A DNA stretch of 64,000 bases from an uncultured Alphaproteobacteria bacterium (GCA_963846785.1 CAWJXD010000014.1:16600-80599), one strand, 5' to 3'; positions 19,267 through 32,698 are shown, numbered from the stretch's first letter. Program-made: numbers and translations. Notes: generated by a model not told the origin, from the sequence alone.

Positions 19267-19545
19267 TCACCCATCATCCTTGTGCACATGCAGAAACCGC
19301 GCAATCTTCTGTTTCAACTCAAACGACCGCGCCGGATCGCTCACCGAAGCGGCATCGTCAAACAACGCCCGCTGAAGGTCGGTAGGCAGGTCGTTCCACT
19401 GCATCATCACTGCAGCTCCAAGGGCGCGTAACACACGCTCGTCCGTTGCGGAAAACGTTTCGTGCGGATGCGCAGGGGCACCACCTTCGTCATCCCAGCG
19501 CGCCAATGCCTTGGCGAGATCGTTGAGGTTTTTCAGCTTGCTCAT
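19267..19545 (-). CDS. Hypothetical protein (92 aa)
   Basis: Coding-like ORF (ARWDDEGGA, VLRALGAAVMMQWNDLPTDLQRALF), divergent from the RibD-C gene. Confidence 0.65.
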   Translation of the reverse strand: MSKLKNLNDLAKALARWDDEGGAPAHPHETFSATDERVLRALGAAVMMQWNDLPTDLQRALFDDAASVSDPARSFELKQKIARFLHVHKDDG

Positions 19546-19639
19546 GTGACCGAGATTAAACCCGATCCGCGCCGAATGCCAGCACCCGCAGAGCAGTACA
19601 CCGATTGCCAACGACTTAGCATTTGGATACATTTATCAC

Positions 19640-20170
19640 ATGGCAAAACTTGTCTTCGGTATGAACCAGTCCCTCGACGGTTACGTCGATCACACGGGGT
19701 TTCGGCCAAGCCCAACGCTGTTTCGCCACTTCATCGCCGAGGCGCAAACGCAAGCGGGCAGCGTGTACGGTCGCTGCATGTATGAAATCATGCGTTATTG
19801 GGACGACGAGCGTCCTGAATGGGGCGCAGATGAAAAAGCTTTCGCTGTTGCGTGGCGGAACCAGCCGAAATGGGTCGTCTCGCGCACCTTGAAGTCGGTT
19901 GGGCCCAACGCAACGCTTGTTGAAGGCGATATCGAGGGCGCGATCCGCCAGCTGAAGGCTGAGCGCCAAGGGGAAATCGAAGTGGCTGGCCCCGACTTGG
20001 CCCGCAGCTTCACCGAACTTGGCTTGATCGATGAATATCGCATCTACTTGCATCCCGTCGTGCTTGGCCACGGCAAGCCCTATTTTGCCGGCCCCCGACC
20101 GCCGCTCCGCCTTGTGACCCATGATCGGATGGACGGGGATGTGGTCAGGTTGTCATACGTGCCTGCTTGA
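19640..20170 (+). CDS. Dihydrofolate reductase family / RibD C-terminal domain protein
   Basis: MNQSLDGYV, YGRCMYE, KWVVSRTL and GLIDEYRIYLHPVVLGHGKPYF motifs. Confidence 0.9.
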   Translation: MAKLVFGMNQSLDGYVDHTGFRPSPTLFRHFIAEAQTQAGSVYGRCMYEIMRYWDDERPEWGADEKAFAVAWRNQPKWVVSRTLKSVGPNATLVEGDIEGAIRQLKAERQGEIEVAGPDLARSFTELGLIDEYRIYLHPVVLGHGKPYFAGPRPPLRLVTHDRMDGDVVRLSYVPA

Positions 20171-20245
20171 TCGCCCCTCGGGTCAAACGCGAAATACCAA
20201 TCGAAGCCTCTACCCATTTTCACCAAACACGCCGATAATGCGTTA

Positions 20246-21151
20246 ATGGAATTCAAGGACTACTACAAAACCTTAGGCGTTGATCGCAAGGCATCCGCCG
20301 AGGACATCAAGAAGGCGTATCGCGCGCTGGCGCGCAAATTCCACCCCGATATCAATAAGGAAAAATCGGCCGAGGCCCGCTTCAAGGAAATCGGTGAAGC
20401 CAATGATGTATTGAGTGATGTGGAAAAGCGCAAAGCTTACGACGAACTAGGTTCCGGCTTTCAGCAGGGCCAACAGTTCCGGCCGCCACCGGGGTGGACT
20501 GAACAACATGAATTCCGGCAACAGCGCGGCAACACCTCCCATGCTGATTTCAGCGACTTCTTTGAGGAGTTGTTTGGGCGACAGGCGCGCCAGCAGCGGG
20601 GCCAATCGTCAGCCAATTTTCGCGCCCGTGGTGAAGACACGCACGCTCGCATCGCGGTGAGCCTGCGCGACAGCTTCAATGGGGCCACGCGGCAAATCAC
20701 CCTGCGCGGAAAAAGCCTGAATCTCAAAATCCCCAAGGGCCTCGTTACGGGTCAAGTCATTCGCTTGAAAGGCCAGGGCGAGCCGGGCCACGGCGGTGAA
20801 GCGGCGGGCGATCTCTATCTTGAAATCGAATTCGCAGAAGATAAACTTTATCGTGCGGAAGGCCGCGACCTGTTCATTGACCTGCCGGTAACACCGTGGG
20901 AGGCCGCCCTTGGAGCATCAGTGCAAACGCCAACGCCCTCTGGCAGCATCATGCTGAAAATTCCGCCAAACTCGGCGCATGGTCGCGAGTTGCGCGTCAA
21001 GGGCAAGGGCATTCCGGCGGCAGAACCCGGCGATTTGCGCGTGCGGCTCAACATCGTGTTGCCACGCGGCGATACAGCGAAGGCGAAAGAGATTTACGAA
21101 ACCATGGCGCGCGATCTGGCATTTGATCCGCGCAAGAACATGGAGGGCTAG
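20246..21151 (+). CDS. cbpA: DnaJ-class curved DNA-binding protein
   Basis: J-domain [12 protein letters not shown]...FHPDINK, no zinc finger, DnaJ C-terminal domain; followed by cbpM. Confidence 0.92.
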   Translation: MEFKDYYKTLGVDRKASAEDIKKAYRALARKFHPDINKEKSAEARFKEIGEANDVLSDVEKRKAYDELGSGFQQGQQFRPPPGWTEQHEFRQQRGNTSHADFSDFFEELFGRQARQQRGQSSANFRARGEDTHARIAVSLRDSFNGATRQITLRGKSLNLKIPKGLVTGQVIRLKGQGEPGHGGEAAGDLYLEIEFAEDKLYRAEGRDLFIDLPVTPWEAALGASVQTPTPSGSIMLKIPPNSAHGRELRVKGKGIPAAEPGDLRVRLNIVLPRGDTAKAKEIYETMARDLAFDPRKNMEG

Positions 21152-21153
21152 CA

Positions 21154-21459
21154 ATGGCCAAAAAACACACCACTGAAATCGAACCCGATATTCTGGATGC
21201 GAATACGCCATTGACCATCGAAGAACTGTGCCAGCTGTGCGAAGTGGATATCACCTGGATTGAATCACTCCAGGCCCATGGCGCGTTCTCCTCGGGATAT
21301 ACAGCCACGACCATGATCCGCGTGCGCAAGGCCAGACGTCTGGAACAGGATCTGGGCCTCAACGTGCCAAGCCTTGCGCTGGTGCTTGATCTGTTGGACC
21401 AGATTGATGCGCTGCAAGGCGAACTGGCGCGTTTCGCTCCCGAAGTTCGAAACAAGTAG
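21154..21459 (+). CDS. cbpM: Chaperone modulator CbpM
   Basis: MerR-like LTIEELCQLC and RLEQDLGLNVPSLALVLDLLDQI motifs; 2 nt after cbpA. Confidence 0.88.
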   Translation: MAKKHTTEIEPDILDANTPLTIEELCQLCEVDITWIESLQAHGAFSSGYTATTMIRVRKARRLEQDLGLNVPSLALVLDLLDQIDALQGELARFAPEVRNK

Positions 21460-21588
21460 GCTGTGACCTGGTTTAGGTCCAGTTCAAGTTGTTAACTTTA
21501 CACCGCAACATGGCCTCATTCTCCCCGCCTTCCTGCCGAAGTTGCAAGGCACATAGCGTGGCGGACGGCAGAACATGAGGATTAGAAA

Positions 21589-21813
21589 ATGCGGCTTGCT
21601 TTACGCGCCAGCGCTATCAAATGGAAATACGAGATCGCTCCTCAAGCACATATGGATCCAGAATGGGCGAAATCACTTGCGACAGCAGACGCACCGTCAG
21701 ATTCATTTGCGTTTGATCCGCACCACGAAACATTTCGGTTCGATCAATTGAATGATAAACAACCGGGTATTCAATTCAGGCTGGTAACAGCGATAGCGCC
21801 GCCGGGCGGATGA
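21589..21813 (+). CDS. Hypothetical 74-aa ORF
   Basis: ATG preceded by GAGG; fills the gap between cbpM and the TrmH gene; no recognisable motif. Confidence 0.3.
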   Translation: MRLALRASAIKWKYEIAPQAHMDPEWAKSLATADAPSDSFAFDPHHETFRFDQLNDKQPGIQFRLVTAIAPPGG

Positions 21814-21822
21814 TCCCATCTG

Positions 21823-22571
21823 TCAATGAATGGACGAGCGACCCACTTCGTACATCATCAACGCTGCCGCCGTTGCGATGTTGAGACTTTCAACGCCGGA
21901 CTTCATGGGTATGTTCACCAAGGTCTTGCAAGCTGATGAAACGACTCGCGAAAGGCCTTTGGCCTCTGAACCTAAAATGATGAGCGCAGGAGCTTCATAG
22001 TTGCGCCGGAAGGTTTTTTTGGCGTCGGCGGCGGTGCCAACAGTCTCACCCGGCCAACCCTTGATGAGATCGACCAGCTTTTCGACGGGGAGGCGCGTGA
22101 GCGATGACGCAAAGATCGAGCCCGTCGAAGCGCGCACACATTCCGGTGCGTAGGGGTCACAACAGTCTCCTGCCAATACCACACCAACAAAGTTGGCAGC
22201 ATCAGCGGTTCGCAAGATGGTTCCGAGATTGCCAGGATCGCGAATGTCTTCCAACACCAGCACGGGACCTGTTTTGGATGGCTGGGTATGCCAGCGCGGC
22301 TTGAACGTGGCCAAAACCTCATGCGGATTATTTTGCGCTGAAAGCTCCGACATGATCTTTTCGGAGACAATCAAGGGCTTCACGTCATCCCAGAGAAACA
22401 CAGGCTTGGTGGCAACAAGATGCTCTGGCCGCCAATCCAGCGCCATGGCTCTTTCCAGCATCGCCATGCCTTCGACAACAAACAATCCGTGTTCGCGCCG
22501 CTATTTCTTGTCAGCCAAGGGAGCGGATGAGTTTGATCGATGGGTTCTGCGGCGGATGTGATCGGCAACAT
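21823..22571 (-). CDS. TrmH/SpoU family RNA methyltransferase; 5' end damaged (two +1 shifts and a TAG)
   Basis: LEDIRDPGNLGTILRTADAA, LGSEAKGL and VESLNIATA motifs; the N-terminus reconstructs across frames as MLPITSAA-NPSIKLIRS-LADKK*RREHGLFVVEG. Confidence 0.82.
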
Positions 22572-22697
22572 GTGGAGCGGTTAGCGCAGAGTCCCTTGCT
22601 GCGCAACCGCACAAAGTATAGGCAAGCCTATTTCTGCATCAAAGCTTTTCAGATGGCAGAATCCATGCCAGCATTAGGGATCAACGGGGAGAACGCC

Positions 22698-24485
22698 ATG
22701 TCTGCATCGGAACACGCCAAGCAATGGCTCCGTCACTTTGATGTGGCGCTGGAAGCTGGGGATGTTGGTGCGGTGCTCGACCTCTTTGATGACGATTGTT
22801 ACTGGCGCGATCTCGTGTCCTTCACCTGGAACCTCAAGACCTTTCAGGGAAAAGACGAAATAGCTGACATGCTGCGAACGCGGCTGGCGGATGTACGGCC
22901 ACGCAACTGGCAACTGACGGAAGCCGCAAGCGGGGACAACACCGAAGCTGAAGCCTGGTTCAGTTTTGAAACGTCCGTGGCCCACGGCAAGGGCATCGTG
23001 CGCCTGAGAAATGGCAAGGCGTGGACGCTGCTGACCACCATGGACGACTTGAAAGGCCATGAGGAAAAAAAGGGTCCCCTCCGGATTCTCGGCACAGAGC
23101 ATGGTGTGTCCAAGAATCGCTCAACCTGGCTGGAACGCCGCCAGAAAGAGGAAAAGGAACTCGGTTTCAAGACCCAACCATATGTGCTGATCATTGGTGG
23201 CGGGCAGGGGGGCATTGGCCTTGGCGCAAGGTTGCGCAGACTGGGCGTGCCGACGATCATCATCGAGAAGAACAAGAAGCCGGGTGATTCATGGCGCAAC
23301 CGCTACAAAACCCTCTGCCTGCACGATCCGGTCTGGTACGACCACATGCCGTATTTGCCGTTCCCGGACGACTGGCCGATTTTTTCGCCCAAGGACAAGA
23401 TTGGTGACTGGCTGGAGATGTACACCAAGGTCATGGAACTCAATTATTGGACAGAGACCACCTGCCAGAACGCCAAGTTTGACGCGAAGAAACAGGAATG
23501 GGTGGTGAAGGTGAAGCGCGGCGGCAAGTCAATTACGCTGAGGCCCAAACAACTCGTGCTTGCAACCGGACTCTCTGCCGTGGCCAATGTGCCAAAATTC
23601 AAGGGTGCCAAAACATTCAAGGGCGAACAGCACCACTCTTCGAAGCATCCGGGGCCAGACAAATACAAGGGCAAGAAGTGCGTGGTCATCGGTTCCAATA
23701 ATTCCGCCCACGACATTTGCGCCGCCCTTTGGGAAGTGGGCGCCGATGTTACCATGGTCCAGCGCACGTCAACCCACGTCTGTCGCTCAGACACGCTCAT
23801 GGAACTGGAAGCAGGTCCACTCTATTCAGAAGCTGCTGTCGCTAAAGGCATCGACGTGAACCGGGCCGACATGTTGTATGCCGCAACGCCCTACAAGATC
23901 ATGGCGCAGAACCTGGCGGGTGTTTACAAAACCATCAAGGAACGCGACGCGGACTTCTACGCGCGCCTCGAAAAGTCAGGATTCATGCATGACTTCGGCG
24001 ATGATGGCTCTGGACTGCACATCAAGTATCTGCGCCGAGGGTCAGGATACTACATCGACGTCGGCGCTTCAGAACTGGTGTGCAATGGCAGTATCAAACT
24101 GAAAACCCGCGTGGAAGTCGCCGAGATCAAACCGCGCTCCGTCGTGTTCTCAGATGGCAGTGAGTTGAAAGCCGACCTCATCGTCTATGCCACGGGCTAT
24201 GGCTCCATGAATGGCTGGGCCGCACAATTGATTTCGCCAGATGTGGCCGACAAGGTTGGGAAATGCTGGGGTCTCGGGTCCAACACCACCAAAGACCCCG
24301 GCCCGTGGGAGGGTGAACTGCGCAACATGTGGAAACCAACGCACCAGGAAAACCTCTGGTTCCACGGCGGCAATCTGCATCAATCCAGATACTTCTCTAA
24401 ATACCTCTCGCTGCAATTGAAGGCACGCATGGAAGGCATCAACACGCCTGTATATGCGATACCGCCTGTGCACCATTTGTCATGA
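22698..24485 (+). CDS. Flavin-containing monooxygenase with N-terminal SnoaL-like extension (type II FMO-like)
   Basis: GGGQGG FAD motif, WRNRYKTLCLHDP, QHHSS, IGSNNSAHD and VYATGY; about 160-aa N-terminal extension (YWRDLVSFTWN). Confidence 0.88.
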   Translation: MSASEHAKQWLRHFDVALEAGDVGAVLDLFDDDCYWRDLVSFTWNLKTFQGKDEIADMLRTRLADVRPRNWQLTEAASGDNTEAEAWFSFETSVAHGKGIVRLRNGKAWTLLTTMDDLKGHEEKKGPLRILGTEHGVSKNRSTWLERRQKEEKELGFKTQPYVLIIGGGQGGIGLGARLRRLGVPTIIIEKNKKPGDSWRNRYKTLCLHDPVWYDHMPYLPFPDDWPIFSPKDKIGDWLEMYTKVMELNYWTETTCQNAKFDAKKQEWVVKVKRGGKSITLRPKQLVLATGLSAVANVPKFKGAKTFKGEQHHSSKHPGPDKYKGKKCVVIGSNNSAHDICAALWEVGADVTMVQRTSTHVCRSDTLMELEAGPLYSEAAVAKGIDVNRADMLYAATPYKIMAQNLAGVYKTIKERDADFYARLEKSGFMHDFGDDGSGLHIKYLRRGSGYYIDVGASELVCNGSIKLKTRVEVAEIKPRSVVFSDGSELKADLIVYATGYGSMNGWAAQLISPDVADKVGKCWGLGSNTTKDPGPWEGELRNMWKPTHQENLWFHGGNLHQSRYFSKYLSLQLKARMEGINTPVYAIPPVHHLS

Positions 24486-25093
24486 TGCAGTTCCTTCTTT
24501 CTTTCAGCACAGTGATTGATCGCATCAGTCGATTTTTCGGCGTGGCTGCCAATTGGATGGTGCTCATTGCAGCCTTGGTCTGCGCCCTCGATGCCATTCT
24601 GCGCTACGGCATCAGCAGTATCGTTTATTTGGCCAATGCCGGCGGCAGTGACGGCAGCGGACAGTGGCTGTTTGATCTCTATCGCACCAACTCCAACACC
24701 TTGCGTGATCTGCAATTGGTGCTATTCGCAGGCATGGTGATGCTGGGTGCGTCCTGGACATTGAAAGTCAACGAACATGTGCGCGTCGACTTGCTCTACA
24801 ATTCTGTAACGGACCGAACACGCGTGTGGATTGACCTCATTGGCTGTGTCTTGTTCCTGATACCATTCTGTATACTGATGATGTATTTCAGCTGGCCCTG
24901 GTTCATGTCCTCCTGGACCGGCAATGAACTCTCGCAAAACGCCGGTGGCATGCCGCGCTGGCCGTTGAAACTGTTTGTGCCTTTTGGGTTCGCATTGTTG
25001 CTGCTGCAAGGTGTATCAGAGCTGATCAAGTGCATCGCGGCACTCACCATCGGCTATCGCCGCGAACACGCCTATGAAAAGCCGCTGCAATGA
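24482..25093 (+). CDS. dctQ: TRAP transporter small permease
   Basis: Four TM segments; NEHVRVDLLY motif; ATGA overlaps at both ends. Confidence 0.9.
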   Translation: MMQFLLSFSTVIDRISRFFGVAANWMVLIAALVCALDAILRYGISSIVYLANAGGSDGSGQWLFDLYRTNSNTLRDLQLVLFAGMVMLGASWTLKVNEHVRVDLLYNSVTDRTRVWIDLIGCVLFLIPFCILMMYFSWPWFMSSWTGNELSQNAGGMPRWPLKLFVPFGFALLLLQGVSELIKCIAALTIGYRREHAYEKPLQ

Positions 25094-26529
25094 TTGAGTT
25101 CGTCACCCATAACATGGCCCCGCTGATGTTTGCGGGTCTCATCCTGTTCATGATTTTTGGATATCCGGCGGCGTTTTCGCTGGCCGCTGTGGGGCTTTTC
25201 TTTGGTTTCCTCGGTGTTGAATTGGGCCTGATCCAGCCGGATTTTCTCGGCAATCTTGTCTTCCAACTTGAATCCGTTTTGCGCAATGACTTGTTGCTCG
25301 CCATTCCCTTCTTCACCTTGATGGGTGCCATCCTCGAACGCTGCGGCCTTGCCGAAGATCTGCTTGAAGGTTTCGGGCAGCTGTTCGGTGGCGTGCGTGG
25401 TGGCCTCTCTTATGCTGTGATTTTGGTCGGCGCAGTATTGGGAGCGATCACCGGGACCGTTGCCGCCTCCGTCATCGCCATGGGTTTGATCTCACTGCCC
25501 ATCATGCTGAAATACGGTTACAACGTGCGCCATGCCACCGGCGTCGTCGCGGCCTCTGGCACGATCACCCAACTCATTCCGCCGTCGCTCGTTCTCGTCA
25601 TTTTAGCTGACCAATTGGGCAAACCCGTTGGTGAAATGTACAAAGGTGCCATGGGCGCATCTGTTGTGCAGGTGTTGCTGTTTATGGCCTGGGTATTCAT
25701 ACTTTCGTTGATCCGTCCGCAAGATGTGCCAGCCCTTCCGCCGGAAGCCCGCACCTTGCGCGGCTGGGCGCTGGCCAAGCGCTGTATTCGTGGCATGGTG
25801 CCTTCGCTGGCGCTCATCTTCATCGTTCTCGGCACAATCTTCATGGGCTTTGCTACGGCAACCGAAGCCGGTGCCATGGGCGTACTTGGGGCATTCTTCC
25901 TCGCCTGGTTCAATGGCCGCCTCACATGGGCACTCACCTATCAAGGCATGTCAACAACCATGCGCATCACCGCCATGGTGGTGATGATCCTGATCGGTGC
26001 CCGTGTGTTCAGCCTGGTGTTTCAGGGGGTGGGCGGCAAGGAATGGATCGAAAGTTTCCTCGTGGCCTTGCCCGGCGGTCAGGTCGGCTTCCTGATCTTC
26101 GTCAACGCTTTCGTTTTTATCATTGCTTTCTTTCTCGATTTCTTCGAGATCGCCTTCATCATCGTGCCACTGCTCGTGCCAGCGGCGGAAGCACTGGGAA
26201 TTAATCTAATTTGGTTCGGCGTGTTGCTGGGCGCCAACATGCAGACGAGCTTCATGCATCCGCCCTTTGGCTTCGCCCTGTTTTATCTGCGAGGTATCGC
26301 CCCCCCGTCCATCAAGAGCAGTGATATTTATTACGGCGCAATTCCGTGGGTCGTGTTGCAGGTGATGCTCGTCGCCATCCTTATCGCCTGGCCCGAACTG
26401 GTTACAGCTTTCCTCGATGCCGACATTGTCGTCGATCCCAATTTCGAAATGACAGTGCCTGATGCAGGGGGTGGGCTCGAACCCGGAGCACCTGCCATCG
26501 ACCTGAACACGGCACCGAAGATCGAGTAA
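25090..26529 (+). CDS. dctM: TRAP transporter large permease
   Basis: LLAIPFFTLMG, ASGTITQLIPPS and TSFMHPPFGFALFYLRG motifs. Confidence 0.93.
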   Translation: MIEFVTHNMAPLMFAGLILFMIFGYPAAFSLAAVGLFFGFLGVELGLIQPDFLGNLVFQLESVLRNDLLLAIPFFTLMGAILERCGLAEDLLEGFGQLFGGVRGGLSYAVILVGAVLGAITGTVAASVIAMGLISLPIMLKYGYNVRHATGVVAASGTITQLIPPSLVLVILADQLGKPVGEMYKGAMGASVVQVLLFMAWVFILSLIRPQDVPALPPEARTLRGWALAKRCIRGMVPSLALIFIVLGTIFMGFATATEAGAMGVLGAFFLAWFNGRLTWALTYQGMSTTMRITAMVVMILIGARVFSLVFQGVGGKEWIESFLVALPGGQVGFLIFVNAFVFIIAFFLDFFEIAFIIVPLLVPAAEALGINLIWFGVLLGANMQTSFMHPPFGFALFYLRGIAPPSIKSSDIYYGAIPWVVLQVMLVAILIAWPELVTAFLDADIVVDPNFEMTVPDAGGGLEPGAPAIDLNTAPKIE

Positions 26530-26533
26530 AAAA

Positions 26534-26557
26534 AGGGCCCCCGGTTAGTGGGGCCCT
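26534..26557. terminator. Intrinsic terminator between convergent dctM and dctP
   Basis: AGGGCCCC-cggttagt-GGGGCCCT preceded by an A-run (U-tail on the minus strand). Confidence 0.75.
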
Positions 26558-26579
26558 CTGCAATTCATTTTGTGCGTGA

Positions 26580-29851
<3,272 letters not shown>

Positions 29852-29908
29852 AACTTTATAGGTGTTCTTTCACACGTCTTGCATAGACATATTAGTCTAT
29901 CATGAGGG

Positions 29909-30625
29909 GTGGGAAAAATGGGGCTTAAATTTGGTTCGGGTGGCGAATTGCCACGTCAGTCTGTCAGCGCTGAAGACGATTCAGATGAAGGCGTAACGCC
30001 AGGATTTATTGCAACCCTTGCTGTGGCCGTGGTTGTTGGGTTCGGTGGTGCTTACTACTACTTGAGCCAGGAAGATGAGATGGCAACATTCGTCTCCAAG
30101 GCAGATCCCATATGTGCACAGTACTGGGTTTCGCCCGGCTGGAATGACGAAGCCATGATCTGTTACATGGTCGAGCAGGTCGACCGGCTTTGTGATCCGC
30201 GAGAGCGGCTGCATTTGGCTGCCAAGGTCCAATTGTATCGCACTGAATCCGAAAGACTGAAAGGCAAGGTTATCAGGGAAGCAGTGCTGAACCAGAAAGA
30301 CAGGTTTGCCGAGATAAAGGCGGAAGTTGATAACTTCGGCAAGAACACGTCCAAGCCTCGGAAAGTCGAGAAGAAGAAGCCGCGCAAGTATGGAAAGAAC
30401 TATACGGTTGAAGAGTCAGTTGCCATGTTTCAGCAAAAGGTCATGAACCCGGACGCACGCTATCAAAACACCGAGCTGTCGGATCACTTGCGAGTTATTT
30501 TCGCAAAGGGCTACATGAAGCCTTGGGAGTTTGGCACGATTAAGGATCGCATCGTTCGCGATGCCATGGACGGCGTAGAAAGCCCGGCAACATCACCCTG
30601 CGGCACCGACGTCGCTTCCAACTAG
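29909..30625 (+). CDS. Hypothetical protein with single N-terminal TM anchor
   Basis: Long ORF with GAGGGG RBS; one hydrophobic helix (FIATLAVAVVVGFGGAYYYL) followed by a Cys-containing soluble part. Confidence 0.7.
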   Translation: MGKMGLKFGSGGELPRQSVSAEDDSDEGVTPGFIATLAVAVVVGFGGAYYYLSQEDEMATFVSKADPICAQYWVSPGWNDEAMICYMVEQVDRLCDPRERLHLAAKVQLYRTESERLKGKVIREAVLNQKDRFAEIKAEVDNFGKNTSKPRKVEKKKPRKYGKNYTVEESVAMFQQKVMNPDARYQNTELSDHLRVIFAKGYMKPWEFGTIKDRIVRDAMDGVESPATSPCGTDVASN

Positions 30626-30724
30626 AGTTCTGCGCACTATTCAAGATTCAGGCACAATCCGGCCATGTGCCGGCCTGTTTGCCGGTGGATAACGCCACAT
30701 TGGCGCGGTGAATCTCTTCGCGTG

Positions 30725-30739
30725 TTAACGGCTCATTAA
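30725..30739. promoter_or_regulatory. CtrA-binding box
   Basis: TTAA-cggctca-TTAA; reads TTAA-N7-TTAAC on the minus strand, the full consensus. Confidence 0.6.
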
Positions 30740-30812
30740 GAAGTTTAGCACCGTGCAAGCTATTGAAAAGAATCATTTTCCCGACAAGCAGAATCGGCAC
30801 ATTCTGCCTCCC

Positions 30813-30914
30813 ATGACCGATAAGGAACGCGCCCGTACCCGTCAGATGATGCTCGCCATCGCCGCTGTGCTGGCTTTGGCAACTTTGGCACCAGTGGCCG
30901 TGCTTGCCGCCTAA
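30813..30914 (+). CDS. Candidate 33-aa small membrane protein (MTDKERARTRQMMLAIAAVLALATLAPVAVLAA)
   Basis: Charged N-terminus plus one hydrophobic helix; stop overlaps the convergent nucleoside hydrolase stop; below the ORF-track cutoff. Confidence 0.45.
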   Translation: MTDKERARTRQMMLAIAAVLALATLAPVAVLAA

Positions 30915-31855
30915 GGTAAAACCGCAAGTCGTTCCGTTAGCAGGCTGAAGAAAGCATCGGCATTGATGTTGCGGCATACAGTTGTGTTTTTCGGCCGGCC
31001 TGACACGCCCCACCAGTCAATGACTGTCATGCCCATCGTGAGTTCAGACTCGCACTCGATCTCAACATTGACCTTGCGCGATACAAACAAATCCGGCTTC
31101 AATAACCAGGCCATTACGCAAGGATCGTGGAGCGGCCCGCCGTCGGTACCGTATTTTTGTTCGTCAAACCGTTCAAAGAATTCCAGCAACGCGGCAACCG
31201 CTGGTCCTGTATTGTTCTTCATGGCGCGGAATTTCTCCACGCGGACCCGCGTCGTCAGCGCTTGATGCGTGCAATCGAGCGGAATGAGGGTGAGGGGAAT
31301 ACCGCTCTTGAGCACCAGTTGCGCCGCCTGCGGGTCCACATAAATATTAAACTCTGCGGCCACCGTGACATTGCCGCCCTCAAAAAAACCGCCACCCATG
31401 GCGACAATCTGCTTGATGCGCTGGGCGATGCGCGGTTCTTTCTGAAGGGCCAGCGCAATATTGGTCATCGGCCCCAGAACGCACAAAGTGACAGTGCCGG
31501 AAGCTTTTTTCATCAAAGTCTCAACGATGAAATCAACCGCGTTCTGTTTTTGCAACGGCATTTTAGGATCGGGCAGGTCTGGACCATCGAGCCCCGTGCG
31601 CCCGTGCACATGTTCGGCGGTAACGAGTGCGCGGTGCAGGGGTTTGTCCGCACCCGAGTATATTTTGATGTCGGGCCGACCACCCAGCTCACAAATCTTG
31701 CGCGCATTGATTTCTGTCAGCGCCAAAGGCACATTGCCCGCAACACACGAGATGCCAAGAACTTCAAATTCAGGCGAAGCCAGCGCCAGCAAAATAGCAA
31801 CAGCATCATCCTGTCCGGGGTCTGTATCGATAATAATGGGGAGCGGCATGGGCAA
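30911..31855 (-). CDS. Nucleoside hydrolase (IU-NH/Rih family)
   Basis: IDTDPGQDDA, GNVPL, AEFNIYVDP and PLHDPC motifs. Confidence 0.94.
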   Translation of the reverse strand: MPMPLPIIIDTDPGQDDAVAILLALASPEFEVLGISCVAGNVPLALTEINARKICELGGRPDIKIYSGADKPLHRALVTAEHVHGRTGLDGPDLPDPKMPLQKQNAVDFIVETLMKKASGTVTLCVLGPMTNIALALQKEPRIAQRIKQIVAMGGGFFEGGNVTVAAEFNIYVDPQAAQLVLKSGIPLTLIPLDCTHQALTTRVRVEKFRAMKNNTGPAVAALLEFFERFDEQKYGTDGGPLHDPCVMAWLLKPDLFVSRKVNVEIECESELTMGMTVIDWWGVSGRPKNTTVCRNINADAFFSLLTERLAVLP

Positions 31856-31916
31856 ACCTGCAAGTACAGGTTACGCCATAGTTTATTTTTATCAAACGGT
31901 CAAATTTGAAAAACAG

Positions 31917-32624
31917 TCAAACGGGAAATTCTTGAAAATACTGTGCCTGTATATTTCTCAAATACTCCATCAGCATATCATTGGAGCGTATGACTTCCAC
32001 GAGCGGATGCTTGAAATAGGTACACGCCGTGCTGGCCAGAAAGGCATAAATGGTTGCGTCAACTCCGGAAATGCGGGGACCCAGCAGATACCTGTTGGAG
32101 CCGAGCAGGGACGACACTGCGTCAATGTCGCCTTTTCCCAGTTCCACTCTCTCAGCTTCGGTATGTCGTCCCAAACCTTGCGCGCAAAGCATTTTACGAA
32201 CTTGTCGGCGGACAATGACGCGGACAACTGGACGGATCGGGACAGGTGCCATTTTGAAAAAATGTCGCGGACCTGCGTTGAAGTTGGCATCATCCATCCA
32301 CCTGTCCCAAACCAGCAGAAAATACAAATGTTCCTCCAGCATTCGCGCAACTGCCCAGCCCTTGGCGAGGTCCTGTTCCGAATAGCCGGCAGAAAGGTCC
32401 ACGCCATGTTTCCGTTCCAAGTGTTTCCCGATGAAATATGAGTCACCTAACAGCAGATCACCATCGCGGATGTAAGGAACCTTGCCTTTGGGCGCTTTGC
32501 TGAAGCTCATAGGTTGAGTTTCAAAAGGCACGCCACTCAACTTCAGAAGCATCATGGCTTTGACAACAAACGGACTTGGATCAGGTAGTCCGAAATAGGA
32601 ACCGGAGGTATACAGCTCGATCAT
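31917..32624 (-). CDS. Glutathione S-transferase family protein (metaxin-like)
   Basis: GLPDPSPFVVK, APKGKVPYI, DSYFI and YLLGPRISGVDATIYAFL motifs. Confidence 0.88.
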   Translation of the reverse strand: MIELYTSGSYFGLPDPSPFVVKAMMLLKLSGVPFETQPMSFSKAPKGKVPYIRDGDLLLGDSYFIGKHLERKHGVDLSAGYSEQDLAKGWAVARMLEEHLYFLLVWDRWMDDANFNAGPRHFFKMAPVPIRPVVRVIVRRQVRKMLCAQGLGRHTEAERVELGKGDIDAVSSLLGSNRYLLGPRISGVDATIYAFLASTACTYFKHPLVEVIRSNDMLMEYLRNIQAQYFQEFPV

Positions 32625-32650
32625 TTTGATCTCCTTGACTTGCCAGGCAC

Positions 32651-32698
32651 CCTACTGCCACACTGCTGACAACATGGTGTCAGCAGCTTTGCAGTAGG
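32651..32698. promoter_or_regulatory. 48-bp nested palindromic operator between the GST gene and the WYL regulator
   Basis: CCTACTGC-caca-CTGCTGACA-acatgg-TGTCAGCAG-cttt-GCAGTAGG, symmetric 8-4-9-6-9-4-8. Confidence 0.75.

Noticed and set aside
19616-20122. 168-aa minus-strand ORF
   Set aside because: Antisense to the clearly recognisable RibD-C gene
19246-21475. 11-bp imperfect inverted repeat TAAGCCAGGTC / GACCTGGTTTA bracketing RibD-C and cbpAM
   Set aside because: Short, one mismatch, does not extend, and no transposase or target duplication; compatible with chance
30648-31013. 121-aa minus-strand ORF
   Set aside because: Overlaps the nucleoside hydrolase out of frame; composition is not protein-like; the region is better explained by the CtrA box and the small plus-strand ORF
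31461-32441. 326-aa plus-strand ORF
   Set aside because: Spans two recognisable minus-strand genes; shadow ORF
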